Numbered from the stretch's first letter, positions 27,187-37,279 are shown. The stretch: DNA of 60,645 nucleotides from Nitrospiraceae bacterium (GCA_041487795.1 JBGPNZ010000001.1:1-60645); one strand, 5' to 3'. Made by a program: numbers and translations. The notes: generated by a model from the sequence alone, not told the origin.

Positions 27187-29268
27187 ATGAATAAAGGCAA
27201 CAGAGAGGGCGCTATGGCTGAAAATGCAACCGTGATCCCGATGCAGAGGATCGTCTTTCCTACGGTCCAAAAAGACCTTATGAAAGAAGAGAGCGTATCG
27301 TGGGGGCCGATCGGAAAAGAAGTCTACCAGAGGACTTATTCCAGAACCAAGCCGGACGGAACCCAGGAGACGTGGGCGGACACGGTGGAACGCGTGGTGG
27401 ACGGGAACCTCGGCCTCGTCCCCAGAAAACATCACGAGCCCGAAGAGCGGCGGAAGCTGCTCGAACTCATCTACAAGATGGACATGCTTCCCGCGGGACG
27501 CCACCTCTGGTCGAGCGGCGTTCCCGGGCGCCAGTTCCTCTTCAACTGCCATGCGACTCATTTCAGCCGGAAGGATCTGGCTGCCCACTTCACCTTCCTC
27601 TTCGATGAACTCATGAAGGGCGGCGGCGTCGGATCCAACTACTCGAACAAGCACATTGAGCTCTGCCCGCCCGTCTTCTCGAAGGTGGACTTCCACGTGG
27701 TCTGCAACCCCTCGCACCCGAACTACGTGGAGTTCTCGAACTTGATCTCTCGCGATTACGGACACTACTCTCCCGACCGCTTCGTGATCGACGACAGTCG
27801 CGAGGGCTGGTGCGCGGCCCTCTCCGAAGTCCTGCTCGCCGCGTGGCACGGGAAGGACACGCCGCTCATCATCGACGTCTCGATGCTCCGCGAGAAGGGC
27901 GCGCTCCTCAAGAGCTTTGGCGGAAAGTCCTCGGGCCCCGCTCCGCTCGTCGCCATGCTCGTGAACGTGGCTCGCATCATGAACGCCAAGGTCGGGCATA
28001 AGCTCTCGAGCCTGGACATCATGGCGATCGATCATGAGATCGCGACCTGCGTGGTCTCGGGCAACATCCGCCGTTCGGCGAGGATGAGCATCAAGCATTG
28101 GGCCGACAAGGACATCTCGGAGTTCATCCAGTGCAAGACCGACGAGAAGTCGCACTGGTCGACCAACATCTCGGTCGAGGTGGACGACGAGTTCTTCCGC
28201 TGCCTTCGTAAAGGAGAGGCGAAGGCGAAGAAAGTCCTTCACGAAGTCGTGGAAGGCGTGAGGAAGAACGGAGAGCCCGGCCTCTGGAACAGCTCGCTCT
28301 CCTCCGTCGGCGAGGTGGAGACTCCATGCACGACAAACCCCTGCGGCGAGATCGCGCTCGCCCCGTGGGAGAACTGCAACCTGGGTCACGTCAACCTGGA
28401 ACGCTTCGCCGGCCGCGATACCGAGGCCCGCGAGGCTTTCCGCCTGATGGCAAGGTTCCTGGTGAGGGCCACGTTCGGTGACGTGCTCTCGGAGTACCAG
28501 AAGGCCGTCCAGTCGAAGAATCGCAGGATCGGCGTCGGCTTCTTCGGCTTCCATTCCTGGCTCGTGTACCAGGGCGTCCGCTTTTCCGAGAGTCATCACA
28601 ACAAGGGGGTTCGTGAGCGGCTCAAGTCGTTCTACACCATCTGTCGCGAGGAGGCCCGGAAGTACGCCTTCGAGCTCAGAATGCCTGAGCCGATCAAGGT
28701 GACCACCATCGCGCCCACGGGAACGATCTCGAACTTGCCGGGGACGACCTCGGGCTGCCAGCCGATCTTCGCGAAGTACTTCAGGCGCCGCGTGAACTAT
28801 GCCTCGAACGACGCCAATCTGAAGGCGCTTGGAGAGCACGGCTTCCCGATCGAGGATTCGGTCTACACGAAGAACACCAAGGTGGTGACCTTCTTCTGCA
28901 AGGATCCGCTCGTGGATGCCTGCGAGCGTCGCGGGATCGCGCTGTCGGTTCTGGAAGAGCAGACGGAGATCTCGGTCTCCGACCATCTGGCCGTCCAGTC
29001 CATGCTCCAGCAGGAATACGCCGACAACGGCATCTCCTACACGATCAACTGCCCCGCGGACGTGACGGCCGAAGAGATCATCCAGGCGCTCAAGGTTCAC
29101 CTGCCGCACTTGAAGGGAACGACTCTCATGCCCGAGGGAGAGTCGCGGGCCCAGATGCCTCTCGAGCGGATCACGAAGGAGGAATTCGAGGAGGCCGAGA
29201 AAAAGGGCCTCGCCAAGGTTTCCGACGCCGAAAGGGCGTGCTTGAACGGGGCGTGCCCGATCAAGTGA
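27187..29268 (+). CDS. nrdJ: class II (adenosylcobalamin-dependent) ribonucleotide reductase
   Basis: Active-site TNPCGEIAL..NCNLGHVNL and C-terminal redox pair CLNGACPIK. 693 aa. Confidence 0.85.
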   Translation: MNKGNREGAMAENATVIPMQRIVFPTVQKDLMKEESVSWGPIGKEVYQRTYSRTKPDGTQETWADTVERVVDGNLGLVPRKHHEPEERRKLLELIYKMDMLPAGRHLWSSGVPGRQFLFNCHATHFSRKDLAAHFTFLFDELMKGGGVGSNYSNKHIELCPPVFSKVDFHVVCNPSHPNYVEFSNLISRDYGHYSPDRFVIDDSREGWCAALSEVLLAAWHGKDTPLIIDVSMLREKGALLKSFGGKSSGPAPLVAMLVNVARIMNAKVGHKLSSLDIMAIDHEIATCVVSGNIRRSARMSIKHWADKDISEFIQCKTDEKSHWSTNISVEVDDEFFRCLRKGEAKAKKVLHEVVEGVRKNGEPGLWNSSLSSVGEVETPCTTNPCGEIALAPWENCNLGHVNLERFAGRDTEAREAFRLMARFLVRATFGDVLSEYQKAVQSKNRRIGVGFFGFHSWLVYQGVRFSESHHNKGVRERLKSFYTICREEARKYAFELRMPEPIKVTTIAPTGTISNLPGTTSGCQPIFAKYFRRRVNYASNDANLKALGEHGFPIEDSVYTKNTKVVTFFCKDPLVDACERRGIALSVLEEQTEISVSDHLAVQSMLQQEYADNGISYTINCPADVTAEEIIQALKVHLPHLKGTTLMPEGESRAQMPLERITKEEFEEAEKKGLAKVSDAERACLNGACPIK

Positions 29269-29271
29269 CCT

Positions 29272-29478
29272 ATGAATGAACCCGTGAAGTGGGACAAGCC
29301 TTCCTGCCCGGTCTGCGGATCGAAAGGCCGCTTATTTGTTTTCGGAAGCGGGAAGACCAGTCTCTTCGAATACGTATATCTTAAATGCGACTACTGCGCC
29401 GCCACTTGGTCGGAGGACACGGGCCATCCGGGGTGGCTTAGGCTCGAAAAGGAGCCGACTTCTCGCAGCAGTCTATAG
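29272..29478 (+). CDS. small zinc-ribbon protein
   Basis: 68 aa with CPVCGS...CDYCAA. Starts 4 nt after the nrdJ stop. Confidence 0.5.
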   Translation: MNEPVKWDKPSCPVCGSKGRLFVFGSGKTSLFEYVYLKCDYCAATWSEDTGHPGWLRLEKEPTSRSSL

Positions 29479-29498
29479 AGGGAACGCAGGAGGTTCCG

Positions 29499-30509
29499 AT
29501 GAACCAGAATAACATGAGCTACGGGTACGTGACGGCCTCGGGGAGCTACCCCAACGTCAGCATGAGCGGCGGATATTCGCCGTTCACGGGTACCATCGTC
29601 CCTTACTCCGCGGCTAGTGTCACTAGCGGGGGTACGGGCGTCAATGGGGGCTGGATCCAATATTATCCTCCTCATCAGGCCATGCCTGATAAGAAGGAGG
29701 ATGACCCCATCAAGAAGCTCATGGAGTTCATGGTGAAGGACAAGGAGGATCGGATGGCGAGGGAACGGGCCGATCGTGAAGACGAGCGCCGCCGGATGGA
29801 AGCCGAGCAGAAGGCGCAAAAGGAGATGTTCGAGATGATGAAGCGGGACATGCAGAAGGGCAGGGACGACGCGGCCACCCGCATCCAGGAAAAGATCATG
29901 GAGCAGATGCTCAACGGGAAGGACACCGAAGACGACTTCAAGGATCCGACCAAGTTCGAGACGTGGAGCGACATCCGCGGCGGCACGAGCGACACGATCG
30001 ACGGGAAGATCGGCAAGGCGCAGGATACCAAGTCCTCGCTCGACGAGATCCTGATGTACAAGATGCTCTTCGGGGACGACAAGAAAAAGGAAGAGGAACG
30101 CGAGAATCGGGAACGCATGGAATGCGAGATCAAGCGTCTCCAGACCATGCTCGAGAAAGAGAAGGAGATGAACGCGTACCGCCGGGCTGAAGAGAGGACG
30201 CGTGAGAGGGAGGACGATCGGATCAGGTTCGAGATCGCGATGCGGGAGCAGGATCGGGCCCGCGAGAAGGCGCTCGAATCCGACAGGATCTCTTTCGATC
30301 GCTTCCGGATGGAGCTCCAGGCCAAGCAGGCCAGCGAGATCCTCAACCACAAGTACAAGCTGAAGAGTAGCCTCGTGACGGGCTTCATGACCCTTGTGAC
30401 GGCGGTCGTCATTCTCGGCGCTCTCGCGTTCGGAGTGATCGCGACCAAGGAATACGAGCTCAAGATGCTCAAGCTGAACAAAGGAGTGGAGACCTCGCAG
30501 GGGAAGTAG
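29499..30509 (+). CDS. coiled-coil protein with C-terminal transmembrane anchor
   Basis: RBS GGAGGTTCCG. Long K/E/R/D-rich coiled coil. TM segment LVTGFMTLVTAVVILGALAFGVIA. Confidence 0.6.
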   Translation: MNQNNMSYGYVTASGSYPNVSMSGGYSPFTGTIVPYSAASVTSGGTGVNGGWIQYYPPHQAMPDKKEDDPIKKLMEFMVKDKEDRMARERADREDERRRMEAEQKAQKEMFEMMKRDMQKGRDDAATRIQEKIMEQMLNGKDTEDDFKDPTKFETWSDIRGGTSDTIDGKIGKAQDTKSSLDEILMYKMLFGDDKKKEEERENRERMECEIKRLQTMLEKEKEMNAYRRAEERTREREDDRIRFEIAMREQDRAREKALESDRISFDRFRMELQAKQASEILNHKYKLKSSLVTGFMTLVTAVVILGALAFGVIATKEYELKMLKLNKGVETSQGK

Positions 30510-30549
30510 TAATATTCGTTTCTAAGGCACCTGATCGAAGAGGTGAGAC

Positions 30550-30840
30550 GTGGAGCAGATCGAGAAGATCGCACAGTTGTCGGCGTCGTATCAGGCCGCC
30601 AACGGCAAGCTGACCGAGGTCGAGCTGCGCCGGCAGACCGGCCTCGGGATCGACGTGAAGCTTCTCACGATCATGACCGCGTCCATCGAACACGCCAAAG
30701 CCGTCCATATTGCGCTTCAGTCCAAATTGATCTCACAAGACAGGGTTACCTGGTCTCAGACTCTTCAGCGGCTGGCCGACGCTGAGCGTCAGGAAGAGGA
30801 GCCCGAAGAAGGAGGTGATGCAGTCACGGGTACCGCGTGA
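30550..30840 (+). CDS. hypothetical protein (96 aa, GTG start)
   Basis: GAGGTGA lies just upstream of GTG 30550. No motif. Confidence 0.45.
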   Translation: MEQIEKIAQLSASYQAANGKLTEVELRRQTGLGIDVKLLTIMTASIEHAKAVHIALQSKLISQDRVTWSQTLQRLADAERQEEEPEEGGDAVTGTA

Positions 30841-30966
30841 CATTCTGGAAGTAGGGCTGGACGTAGACGTACGCGCCAGCCATCATACCGGCCTGGTTCC
30901 AGCGGAAGGGCGAAGCGCTCCCTTTCGCGTTTTTCTATTCCACATGTGGACACTGGAGGAGGTTCC

Positions 30967-31809
30967 ATGAGTCTGCACCTGGCCGCGATCCTGGATGTTC
31001 CCTGGAACGCGGCGCTGTCGGCTCTCCACCACTGGCAGACCGTTGTGGCCAGCGTGTGGGGGCTGGGCATTCTCGTGCTGGCGTATCGCTGTATGATTCG
31101 CTGGTACAAGGAAGATGCCGAAGATGCGCACCGGATCGCTCCCAAGGGCGATGCCGATGCCATCTATGTCGCGATGAAGGAGGTGAAGAAGGGCAAGCGG
31201 GAACCCCGCTTGAAGCACTTCTTCACGCAGGTTCTGTTCTGGCTCCCCATCGCGGGCTTCCGCGGCGGCAAGAAGATCGGGAAGCTCATTGCGTATCCGG
31301 TTCTTCTTCTGGCCGACAAAGCCAAGACCGAGGCCGTGGCTTCGACGCTCAACCCGCCGAAGGATCACGTGCATCGTTGCTCGTGCGGTATCAACCTGGT
31401 TCCCGCCGGGAAGTCGGGCGTCATCACCGCCCACGAGGTGGAAGTCCACGTTGAAGCGAAGTGCAAGAGCTGTAAGGAGGTCATCATCGCGGATGCCGTT
31501 CACACCTGCTCGAAGGCGACGCCTTCCTGCAAGGAGTGCGGCAAGCGGATGATCCCCGACAAGGTGCACGACTGTGCGGAAACGGCTGAGGCTGAGACCG
31601 AGGAGTCGCACCAGGATTGCCCCCATTGCGGTGATTGCATGGTGGCAGATCAGGTTCATGTCTGCTCGGCCCTCGAGGCTCAGGAAGAGGAAGCCGAGGC
31701 GGAGTACTGCGACGACTGCGACAAGGAGTACGAACGCAGCGAGAAGCATGTTGCGAAGCACTGCATCGAGTGCAAGGAAAAGCATTGCACCAGGGCAGGC
31801 TGCGCCTAA
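30967..31809 (+). CDS. membrane-anchored Cys/His-rich repeat protein
   Basis: RBS GGAGGAGGTTCC before ATG 30967. N-terminal hydrophobic segments. A repeated unit C-x2-C-x(6-10)-VH-x-C occurs about 5 times (CKSCKEVIIADAVHTC, CKECGKRMIPDKVHDC, CPHCGDCMVADQVHVC ...). Confidence 0.6.
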   Translation: MSLHLAAILDVPWNAALSALHHWQTVVASVWGLGILVLAYRCMIRWYKEDAEDAHRIAPKGDADAIYVAMKEVKKGKREPRLKHFFTQVLFWLPIAGFRGGKKIGKLIAYPVLLLADKAKTEAVASTLNPPKDHVHRCSCGINLVPAGKSGVITAHEVEVHVEAKCKSCKEVIIADAVHTCSKATPSCKECGKRMIPDKVHDCAETAEAETEESHQDCPHCGDCMVADQVHVCSALEAQEEEAEAEYCDDCDKEYERSEKHVAKHCIECKEKHCTRAGCA

Positions 31810-31874
31810 CGTGAGGTAACCATCGGGGGGAGCACTCCACTTCGGGGTGCTCCCCCCTTCTTGGGGAGGTGGCC

Positions 31875-32066
31875 ATGTTTCTTTGGATGTGCTCGGGACA
31901 GGTGAAGCACGCGGTCGTGGTCGGATCCGACCTCACGGCCTGCGGCGTGTCCATCGACAAGCTTCGCGTCGCCGAGTACGACAAGGGACAGTTGGCGTGT
32001 GAAGTATGCGAGGAGAAGGTCAGGCAGTCCAGGCGGAGAAATATTGAAACGCCTAGTGAGGAGTAG
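31875..32066 (+). CDS. hypothetical small protein
   Basis: ATG 31875 lies 5 nt after GGGGAGG. Contains CEVCEE. Confidence 0.4.
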   Translation: MFLWMCSGQVKHAVVVGSDLTACGVSIDKLRVAEYDKGQLACEVCEEKVRQSRRRNIETPSEE

Positions 32067-32086
32067 GAATCTCAATAGGAGCGTCC

Positions 32087-32281
32087 ATGATCAGCAAGCA
32101 CAAATGCATTGAGGGCAAGGCCCTGGGTGTTGACCTCGAACAAGGTTATCCGCGCGGAATCATTTTCTGCGAGATGTGCCGTACGATCATCAGGAGAGTC
32201 CCCATGGACGACCTCAATGAGTCCAGGTTCGCGGAGGCCGTTCGCCTGATCAAAGTGATGAAGGGCATGGGAGACAAATAA
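32087..32281 (+). CDS. hypothetical small protein
   Basis: 64-aa ORF with AGGAG upstream. Contains CEMC. Confidence 0.45.
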   Translation: MISKHKCIEGKALGVDLEQGYPRGIIFCEMCRTIIRRVPMDDLNESRFAEAVRLIKVMKGMGDK

Positions 32282-32296
32282 AAGGGAGAGAAAACC

Positions 32297-33958
32297 ATGG
32301 CCGGAAAAATGGCGGAGACGTCGTCCGGAACACTAGAGAAGCCGCACGTGCTAGTAGTGGGCGGCTCTGCCAGGAACTTCGGTTCGAAGAAACTGAAGGA
32401 CTTGTTCGAGTTCACCCTTGTTGACAAGGACGAAGGAAAGATCCCCAACTTCCGGGACAAGAAGTTCGAAGCGATGGTCATCCTCAGGTTCATCAGCAAG
32501 AACCTGCTCAGGAAGGCCAAGGAGTGGGCCGATGAACACGACCTGATGTATGTAGAGGCCCATTCGATAGGACGATGCCCTTTGCTTCTATCGGAGCGGA
32601 TTCCCAAGATCCGCAAATACCTCGAAGGTGTAGAAGCGAAGTCGCGCCGCACGGTCTTCGTCAACGATCCCGTCGACGATGTAACAGCAGAGGGGGGAGA
32701 AGCACAAGCTCCTCCGGAAACGCAGCTTGCCGCAGTCCAGCAGACTTTGTCGGACGACGACCTCTGGCTCGCCTACGGCGAGAAGTTCGTGACAGAGCTC
32801 CGTGGGATCACCAACAACGGAGAGATCTTCAAGCTGCAAGAGTTCAAGACTGAAGTGATCGAGTACTTGACCGGGCTCAAGGGCGACCTCGTCGACCAGA
32901 TGATGTCCATCCTCAGGATCCAGGGCGTCATCAGCGAGGTCGACGGAAGCATCGTGGTTGGGCAGATTGCCGATATCGACTTCGAGAAGGTCAAGAACTA
33001 CATCGCCACCCAGGCAGCAGCTCCGTCCACGAGGCCTCAGTCCTACAAGAACCATGAGAACCCTTCCACCATCCGCGGCGAGGTTCGCGATGCATTCGCC
33101 GCCGAGGAACCTCCCGCTGTGGAAGAGGAAGAGGTCACGGAGAGCACGTTCACGACTGGCAAGATCTGGCGTGGAAGATTCTCAAGGGAAGAGCTGACGA
33201 GGATGTGTCATAGCATTCCTGACGGCAAGAAGTATATCGGTCAGGCGCCGCTCTTTGTGGATCTCCATAAGGCAGGTGTGCGCAGGAACGACGGCAAGCC
33301 ATTCTCCCCGTCGGGAATGAGGAACTACCAGCGGGAGATCCTGGGTCTTGGGATCTTGAAAGTCGTGCAGGACGGCCCCGAGAAGACGGCGTTCCGGATC
33401 CGCCACGGGAGCGATGCTTCCACCGCGACAGCACCCGTGCCGGTGAAGTCGTCCGTCCCCCCTCCTCCGACCGCCGTCCTTGTGCCGTCAGCGCCGCCGC
33501 CCCCGCCGAAGCCCGTCTTTACGGTGAACCTGGACAACGTCGAGGAGATTTACAAGGCGACCTCGGAGAACTTTCCGCAGAAGAAGATCCCGTTCCTCAT
33601 GGCGCTCACGGATGCGGCACGCGTGATCAAGAACATGATGCACGAGCGGTTCTTCAACGAGTCGGCGGCCAGGGGAATTCTGATCAGGATCAAGGGCCCT
33701 ATCGATGATGCTTCGATCACCAAGGTGATCCAGGCAAAGATGTCTTTCACCGATGACCAGTGGTCTTACATGGCGCTGGAGTTTTTCAGGGATCAGATGA
33801 TCGGAGCCCTGTTCCCCGTGCTCAAGCCTTCCGAGGGATTCTGGAAGAACTGTACGGACTGTCAGGATGACTTCTACTTCTATCTCCCGAAGCGCTGCAA
33901 GAAGTGCTGGGAGGCGAATCGGAGCATCATCCAGGACGCGAAAGGAGGCCCCTACTAA
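32297..33958 (+). CDS. hypothetical protein (553 aa)
   Basis: Long ORF with RBS GGGAGAG. Pro-rich linker (PPPPTAVLVPSAPPPPPKP) and a C-terminal CTDC...CKKC pair. Confidence 0.65.
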   Translation: MAGKMAETSSGTLEKPHVLVVGGSARNFGSKKLKDLFEFTLVDKDEGKIPNFRDKKFEAMVILRFISKNLLRKAKEWADEHDLMYVEAHSIGRCPLLLSERIPKIRKYLEGVEAKSRRTVFVNDPVDDVTAEGGEAQAPPETQLAAVQQTLSDDDLWLAYGEKFVTELRGITNNGEIFKLQEFKTEVIEYLTGLKGDLVDQMMSILRIQGVISEVDGSIVVGQIADIDFEKVKNYIATQAAAPSTRPQSYKNHENPSTIRGEVRDAFAAEEPPAVEEEEVTESTFTTGKIWRGRFSREELTRMCHSIPDGKKYIGQAPLFVDLHKAGVRRNDGKPFSPSGMRNYQREILGLGILKVVQDGPEKTAFRIRHGSDASTATAPVPVKSSVPPPPTAVLVPSAPPPPPKPVFTVNLDNVEEIYKATSENFPQKKIPFLMALTDAARVIKNMMHERFFNESAARGILIRIKGPIDDASITKVIQAKMSFTDDQWSYMALEFFRDQMIGALFPVLKPSEGFWKNCTDCQDDFYFYLPKRCKKCWEANRSIIQDAKGGPY

Positions 33959-34707
33959 TGGTCTATAAAGCAATATCCGAGAAGGAGCACCTCAAGCTGC
34001 TGATGCCCGAAGCGATCGAACTCGCCAAGACGGGGATGAGCATTACGGAGATGACGAGGGCGCTCACGCCGAAGTGGGATGGGCTTGTCAAGACCATCGA
34101 CGCCTGGGTCGTGATCTTCACGAGGCTATCCGAGGAGTCCCTTGCGTACTACTGGGACGACCGCATCAGCTTCAGAAGGCTGAACTTGATCGCTTCGAGC
34201 GAAGTTCCGACTCCTGCCTTCCGCGACGACATGATCAGGATCTCGATCCTCCAGAACATGACGATCGCGGAAATCAAGTCGATGAGGGACTACATCTACA
34301 AAGGGTTCAGCCCCATGAAGGCTGCCGACGTCGTGAAGGGCAGGGCATCAGACAAGCCCATGACCAAGTACGAGATGCTCAAGCTCTCGAACATCATGAA
34401 GCGGCTGACCCGCGGCGTGGTGGACGTCCGGAAGACGTGGGAACTGCTTGAGACTTTTGGGCCCATCCAGACGGTGTCCGGAAACGATGTCTACTTGCCG
34501 CTCGTCGACGACTGCATGGCGCTCTTTTCGGCGATCGACAATATGTCTCTCTGGAAGGAGAAGCTCAAGAAGGAACTGCCCAAGGAGTTCTTCGAGCTGA
34601 TGACCGCGAGGTACGGGAAGCCCGAAGTCAAGCCGAAGGAAGCAGTCGTCATCATCGACGTGCCCGAGGCGGAAGTTCCGTTGCTACAGGCTCCCAGGGA
34701 AGGTTAA
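33958..34707 (+). CDS. hypothetical protein with N-terminal HTH-like segment
   Basis: ATG 33958 overlaps the previous stop (TAATG). AIELAKTGMSITEMTRAL looks HTH-like. Confidence 0.55.
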   Translation: MVYKAISEKEHLKLLMPEAIELAKTGMSITEMTRALTPKWDGLVKTIDAWVVIFTRLSEESLAYYWDDRISFRRLNLIASSEVPTPAFRDDMIRISILQNMTIAEIKSMRDYIYKGFSPMKAADVVKGRASDKPMTKYEMLKLSNIMKRLTRGVVDVRKTWELLETFGPIQTVSGNDVYLPLVDDCMALFSAIDNMSLWKEKLKKELPKEFFELMTARYGKPEVKPKEAVVIIDVPEAEVPLLQAPREG

Positions 34708-34745
34708 CTGGACATTCCATAATTACTTTTTAAGGAGGTTCTCGC

Positions 34746-35423
34746 ATGGCTGTTCGCGCAGTGCAGGTGAAGGAGGCATCCGAGAGAGGCGCGAAGCCGC
34801 CTTCTCCGTCCGGCCGTCTCAAGAACGAGTCGGAGAAGAAGTACGCCCCTCTGGCCCGTCGCTTCATGCTGTCGAAGACGGAGGAGAAGCCCGGCCGTGA
34901 CGGCGTGAAGTACAGGATCCACACCCGTCTGGGGCCGTCGGGTGGCGCCTTCACCACGGACGATCTCCTGGAGATCTTCGGCTTCAAGGCCAAGCTCGCG
35001 AAGTACGAGCGTGATCTGACCAAGAGGCACGAGCCCGACTCGGACGAGTTCAAGGAGAACTATGCGCACGAGCGGTCGCGCCTTGTCGGGAAGGTCTCGG
35101 GGTACGTGGCGCTCTACCGGCGCCGTCTCGAAGCGGAGTACGCCGAGCAGGGCATCATCCCGCTCTTCACGAAGGTGAGGATCCACAGCGAGGATGAGGA
35201 GCCGCGTCTCTTCATCCAGGGCTTCATGCGTCCCGATTCCAAGAAAGAGAAGTTCGTGCTGGGGAATCGCGACGATGGCGCTCTCTGGGCGATCGTGAAC
35301 AAGTCCAGAACCGAGTCCAAGGCCAGGGTCTACTCGATGTCCGTCACGCTGGGGCGCGAGTTCATGCAGGGCGCGCTCACCGACGCGGTCAAGCAGCGTC
35401 TCAACCTGGCTTTCCAGAACTAG
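34746..35423 (+). CDS. hypothetical protein
   Basis: 225-aa ORF, RBS AAGGAGGTTCT. Followed by a terminator. Confidence 0.6.
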   Translation: MAVRAVQVKEASERGAKPPSPSGRLKNESEKKYAPLARRFMLSKTEEKPGRDGVKYRIHTRLGPSGGAFTTDDLLEIFGFKAKLAKYERDLTKRHEPDSDEFKENYAHERSRLVGKVSGYVALYRRRLEAEYAEQGIIPLFTKVRIHSEDEEPRLFIQGFMRPDSKKEKFVLGNRDDGALWAIVNKSRTESKARVYSMSVTLGREFMQGALTDAVKQRLNLAFQN

Positions 35424-35437
35424 TACGGTAAGATTAT

Positions 35438-35479
35438 GGGCGGCCTGGTCGTCTCCACAGGCCAGGCCGCCCCTTTCTT
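35438..35479 (+). terminator. intrinsic terminator
   Basis: GGGCGGCCTGG (35438-35448) pairs with CCAGGCCGCCC (35462-35472), followed by CTTTCTT. Confidence 0.65.
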
Positions 35480-35711
35480 GGTGGAGGTCGAGAAAGGGGG
35501 TGGTTACGTCCCGGAAGACGTATGTTCACTTTTGCAGTACGTGCGGGGTCGGCTTCCGGAGTACACGTAAGAAAGACAAAGACTGTAAGAAGCATGCGAA
35601 GAAAGGGGGTGTGAAGAAGCCCAGCTGACGACCCTCGCACGGCAGTGGCAGTAACCTTGTGAGGCGTCCAGGATGTCTGGATGCCGGTTATTTAATCTCG
35701 GAGGAGGTTCC

Positions 35712-36206
35712 ATGCACATCTCGTTCACGGTTCCGCTGAGCGCCTTGATCGGCGCCGCGGGCGTGCTGTACCCGGCGATCATGGTCGCCGTGGCGCGTTT
35801 CATCTCCCGTCGCTCGGCGGGTCGCTTCCACCCCCTCATCGTCGGGGTGCTCGCGGCCGTCTGGCCGGCGACGCTCGGCGTGACCCTCGCGGCCATGCCG
35901 GTGTGGTTGGCGTACTGGTTCGTCTCGAACTACTTCGGCACGGTCGGTGACCTGCTGCGTGGTCGGAACCAGGGGCAGCCCAACCAGGTTCAGGGTCAGG
36001 CCCAGGTGCAGGCCCGTCCGCAGGTGGTGGACGGCTTCGTCGTGGGTTCGAGGGTCGAGATCGCGCGGCGCGTCAACGATGACGTCCCCGCCGGCTGGAA
36101 GGGCCGGATCCTCGACCGTCGTGACAACGAGTACAAGGTGGACTTCGACTCCTTCGGTGGAGGCGGCGTTCACTGGGTGAAGGAGACGTACCTCAGGCAG
36201 GCGTAG
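35712..36206 (+). CDS. membrane protein with C-terminal SH3/Tudor-like domain
   Basis: RBS GGAGGAGGTTCC before ATG 35712. Three hydrophobic helices, a Q/V-rich linker, then GSRVEIARRV..GWKGRILDRRDNEYKVDF. Confidence 0.6.
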   Translation: MHISFTVPLSALIGAAGVLYPAIMVAVARFISRRSAGRFHPLIVGVLAAVWPATLGVTLAAMPVWLAYWFVSNYFGTVGDLLRGRNQGQPNQVQGQAQVQARPQVVDGFVVGSRVEIARRVNDDVPAGWKGRILDRRDNEYKVDFDSFGGGGVHWVKETYLRQA

Positions 36207-36235
36207 TCGTTCTGTCCTGATCGCGCGATTAGTGG

Positions 36236-36279
36236 GAACGGGGGGCCTGGGCAACTGGGCCCCCCGTTCTTTTTTTTTA
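36236..36279 (+). terminator. strong intrinsic terminator
   Basis: GAACGGGGGGCC pairs with GGCCCCCCGTTC, followed by a run of nine T. Confidence 0.85.
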
Positions 36280-36314
36280 AGGTCGGAGAGAGGATAAGAA
36301 CAAGAGAGGGAACT

Positions 36315-36833
36315 ATGGTGAAGAAGAAAATCGTCGCCATCCACAAGCCCACTTATTTCAGGTTGAAGAAGGAACGAAAGTGCTTCGACCCGGAGCACCC
36401 GAAACGGATCGAAGCACTAGCCAAGTCCGCTGAGATAGCGGGCAAGAGGACGTCAGACCTCGAAACCGCCAACTCGGATCTTCTCGTGAAGATGAGCAGG
36501 ATGGTGGATAAGGAGCTTCTTGAAGAGGCTGAAAAGACGGCCTACTCCAAGGGCCTTCACGATGGCTGCGAAGATCGTGAGGCCATGCTCAAGAGCCATA
36601 AGACATGCTTCAACGGCATGCACAAGGCGCTCGACAACGGACGGCTCATGGTGCTCGACTTTTCCCAGATCATCTCGCTCTACGAGCAGATGAGGGAAAG
36701 AAGCATGCTGTCCAACACGATCAAGATGCAGGTGATGGTTCCTGAGGGAATCAACCTTGACGGATCCCAGACGGTGAAGTCGATCCAGGACATGCTTGGG
36801 AAGATCATCGGGCGCATGATGCGCGGAGGATAA
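36315..36833 (+). CDS. hypothetical protein
   Basis: 172-aa ORF. No motif. Confidence 0.55.
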   Translation: MVKKKIVAIHKPTYFRLKKERKCFDPEHPKRIEALAKSAEIAGKRTSDLETANSDLLVKMSRMVDKELLEEAEKTAYSKGLHDGCEDREAMLKSHKTCFNGMHKALDNGRLMVLDFSQIISLYEQMRERSMLSNTIKMQVMVPEGINLDGSQTVKSIQDMLGKIIGRMMRGG

Positions 36834-36846
36834 TTTAGGAGGAAGA

Positions 36847-37158
36847 ATGGAAACGTTGAAGAAGAAAATCGTCGTACGGGGACAGGTGGCCAAGCCGATC
36901 ATGTATCCGAAGAACGGCTCGGACGTCAAGTGCGTCTTCGATCTCCTGCTGATCGTGAAGGACGGCACCCAGGCCGCCTATCAGGGGGTGAGGTTCCGGG
37001 TGGTGGGGGATCCGAAGATCACGGAGAAGTGCAAGCAGTTCGTGGAAGACGGCATCCGACTGACCGTGGTCGGGATGATCGAAACCTCCAACTTGAGCGG
37101 CGTGGGAGTCCACAAGCTCATGGCGGAAGACCTCTTCACGGACAAGATCGCGATCTAG
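36847..37158 (+). CDS. small OB-fold (SSB-like) protein, tentative
   Basis: 103 aa, RBS AGGAGG. The pattern KIVVRGQVAKP...VKCVFDLLLIV...FRVVGDPKITEKC..FVEDGIRLTVVGMIE resembles an SSB OB domain. Confidence 0.4.
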   Translation: METLKKKIVVRGQVAKPIMYPKNGSDVKCVFDLLLIVKDGTQAAYQGVRFRVVGDPKITEKCKQFVEDGIRLTVVGMIETSNLSGVGVHKLMAEDLFTDKIAI

Positions 37159-37215
37159 CGACTGCTAACCCCCAGCATATGGGGGCGGGCCCCGGTAAAC
37201 GGGGCCTTGGTAAAC

Positions 37216-37266
37216 GGAGAGGCTGGATCTGTGGATCCAGCCTCTCTGCTTTTAATCTTCTTTTTT
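37216..37266 (+). terminator. intrinsic terminator (second of two tandem hairpins)
   Basis: GAGAGGCTGGATC-tgtg-GATCCAGCCTCTC followed by TGCTTTTAATCTTCTTTTTT. Preceded by the hairpin GGCCCCG-gtaaa-CGGGGCC. Confidence 0.75.
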
Positions 37267-37279
37267 CAGGAGCCCGTTC

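Noticed and set aside
5016-35714. The recurrent GGAGGTTC(C/T) immediately before ATG, at 5025, 11198, 11449, 12415, 29499, 30967, 34746 and 35712, considered as a dispersed regulatory repeat.
   Set aside because: It is always at RBS distance from a start codon and is complementary to the 16S rRNA 3' tail. 55749-55759 even reads GGAGGTGATCC. It is therefore an extended Shine-Dalgarno sequence, not a separate element.
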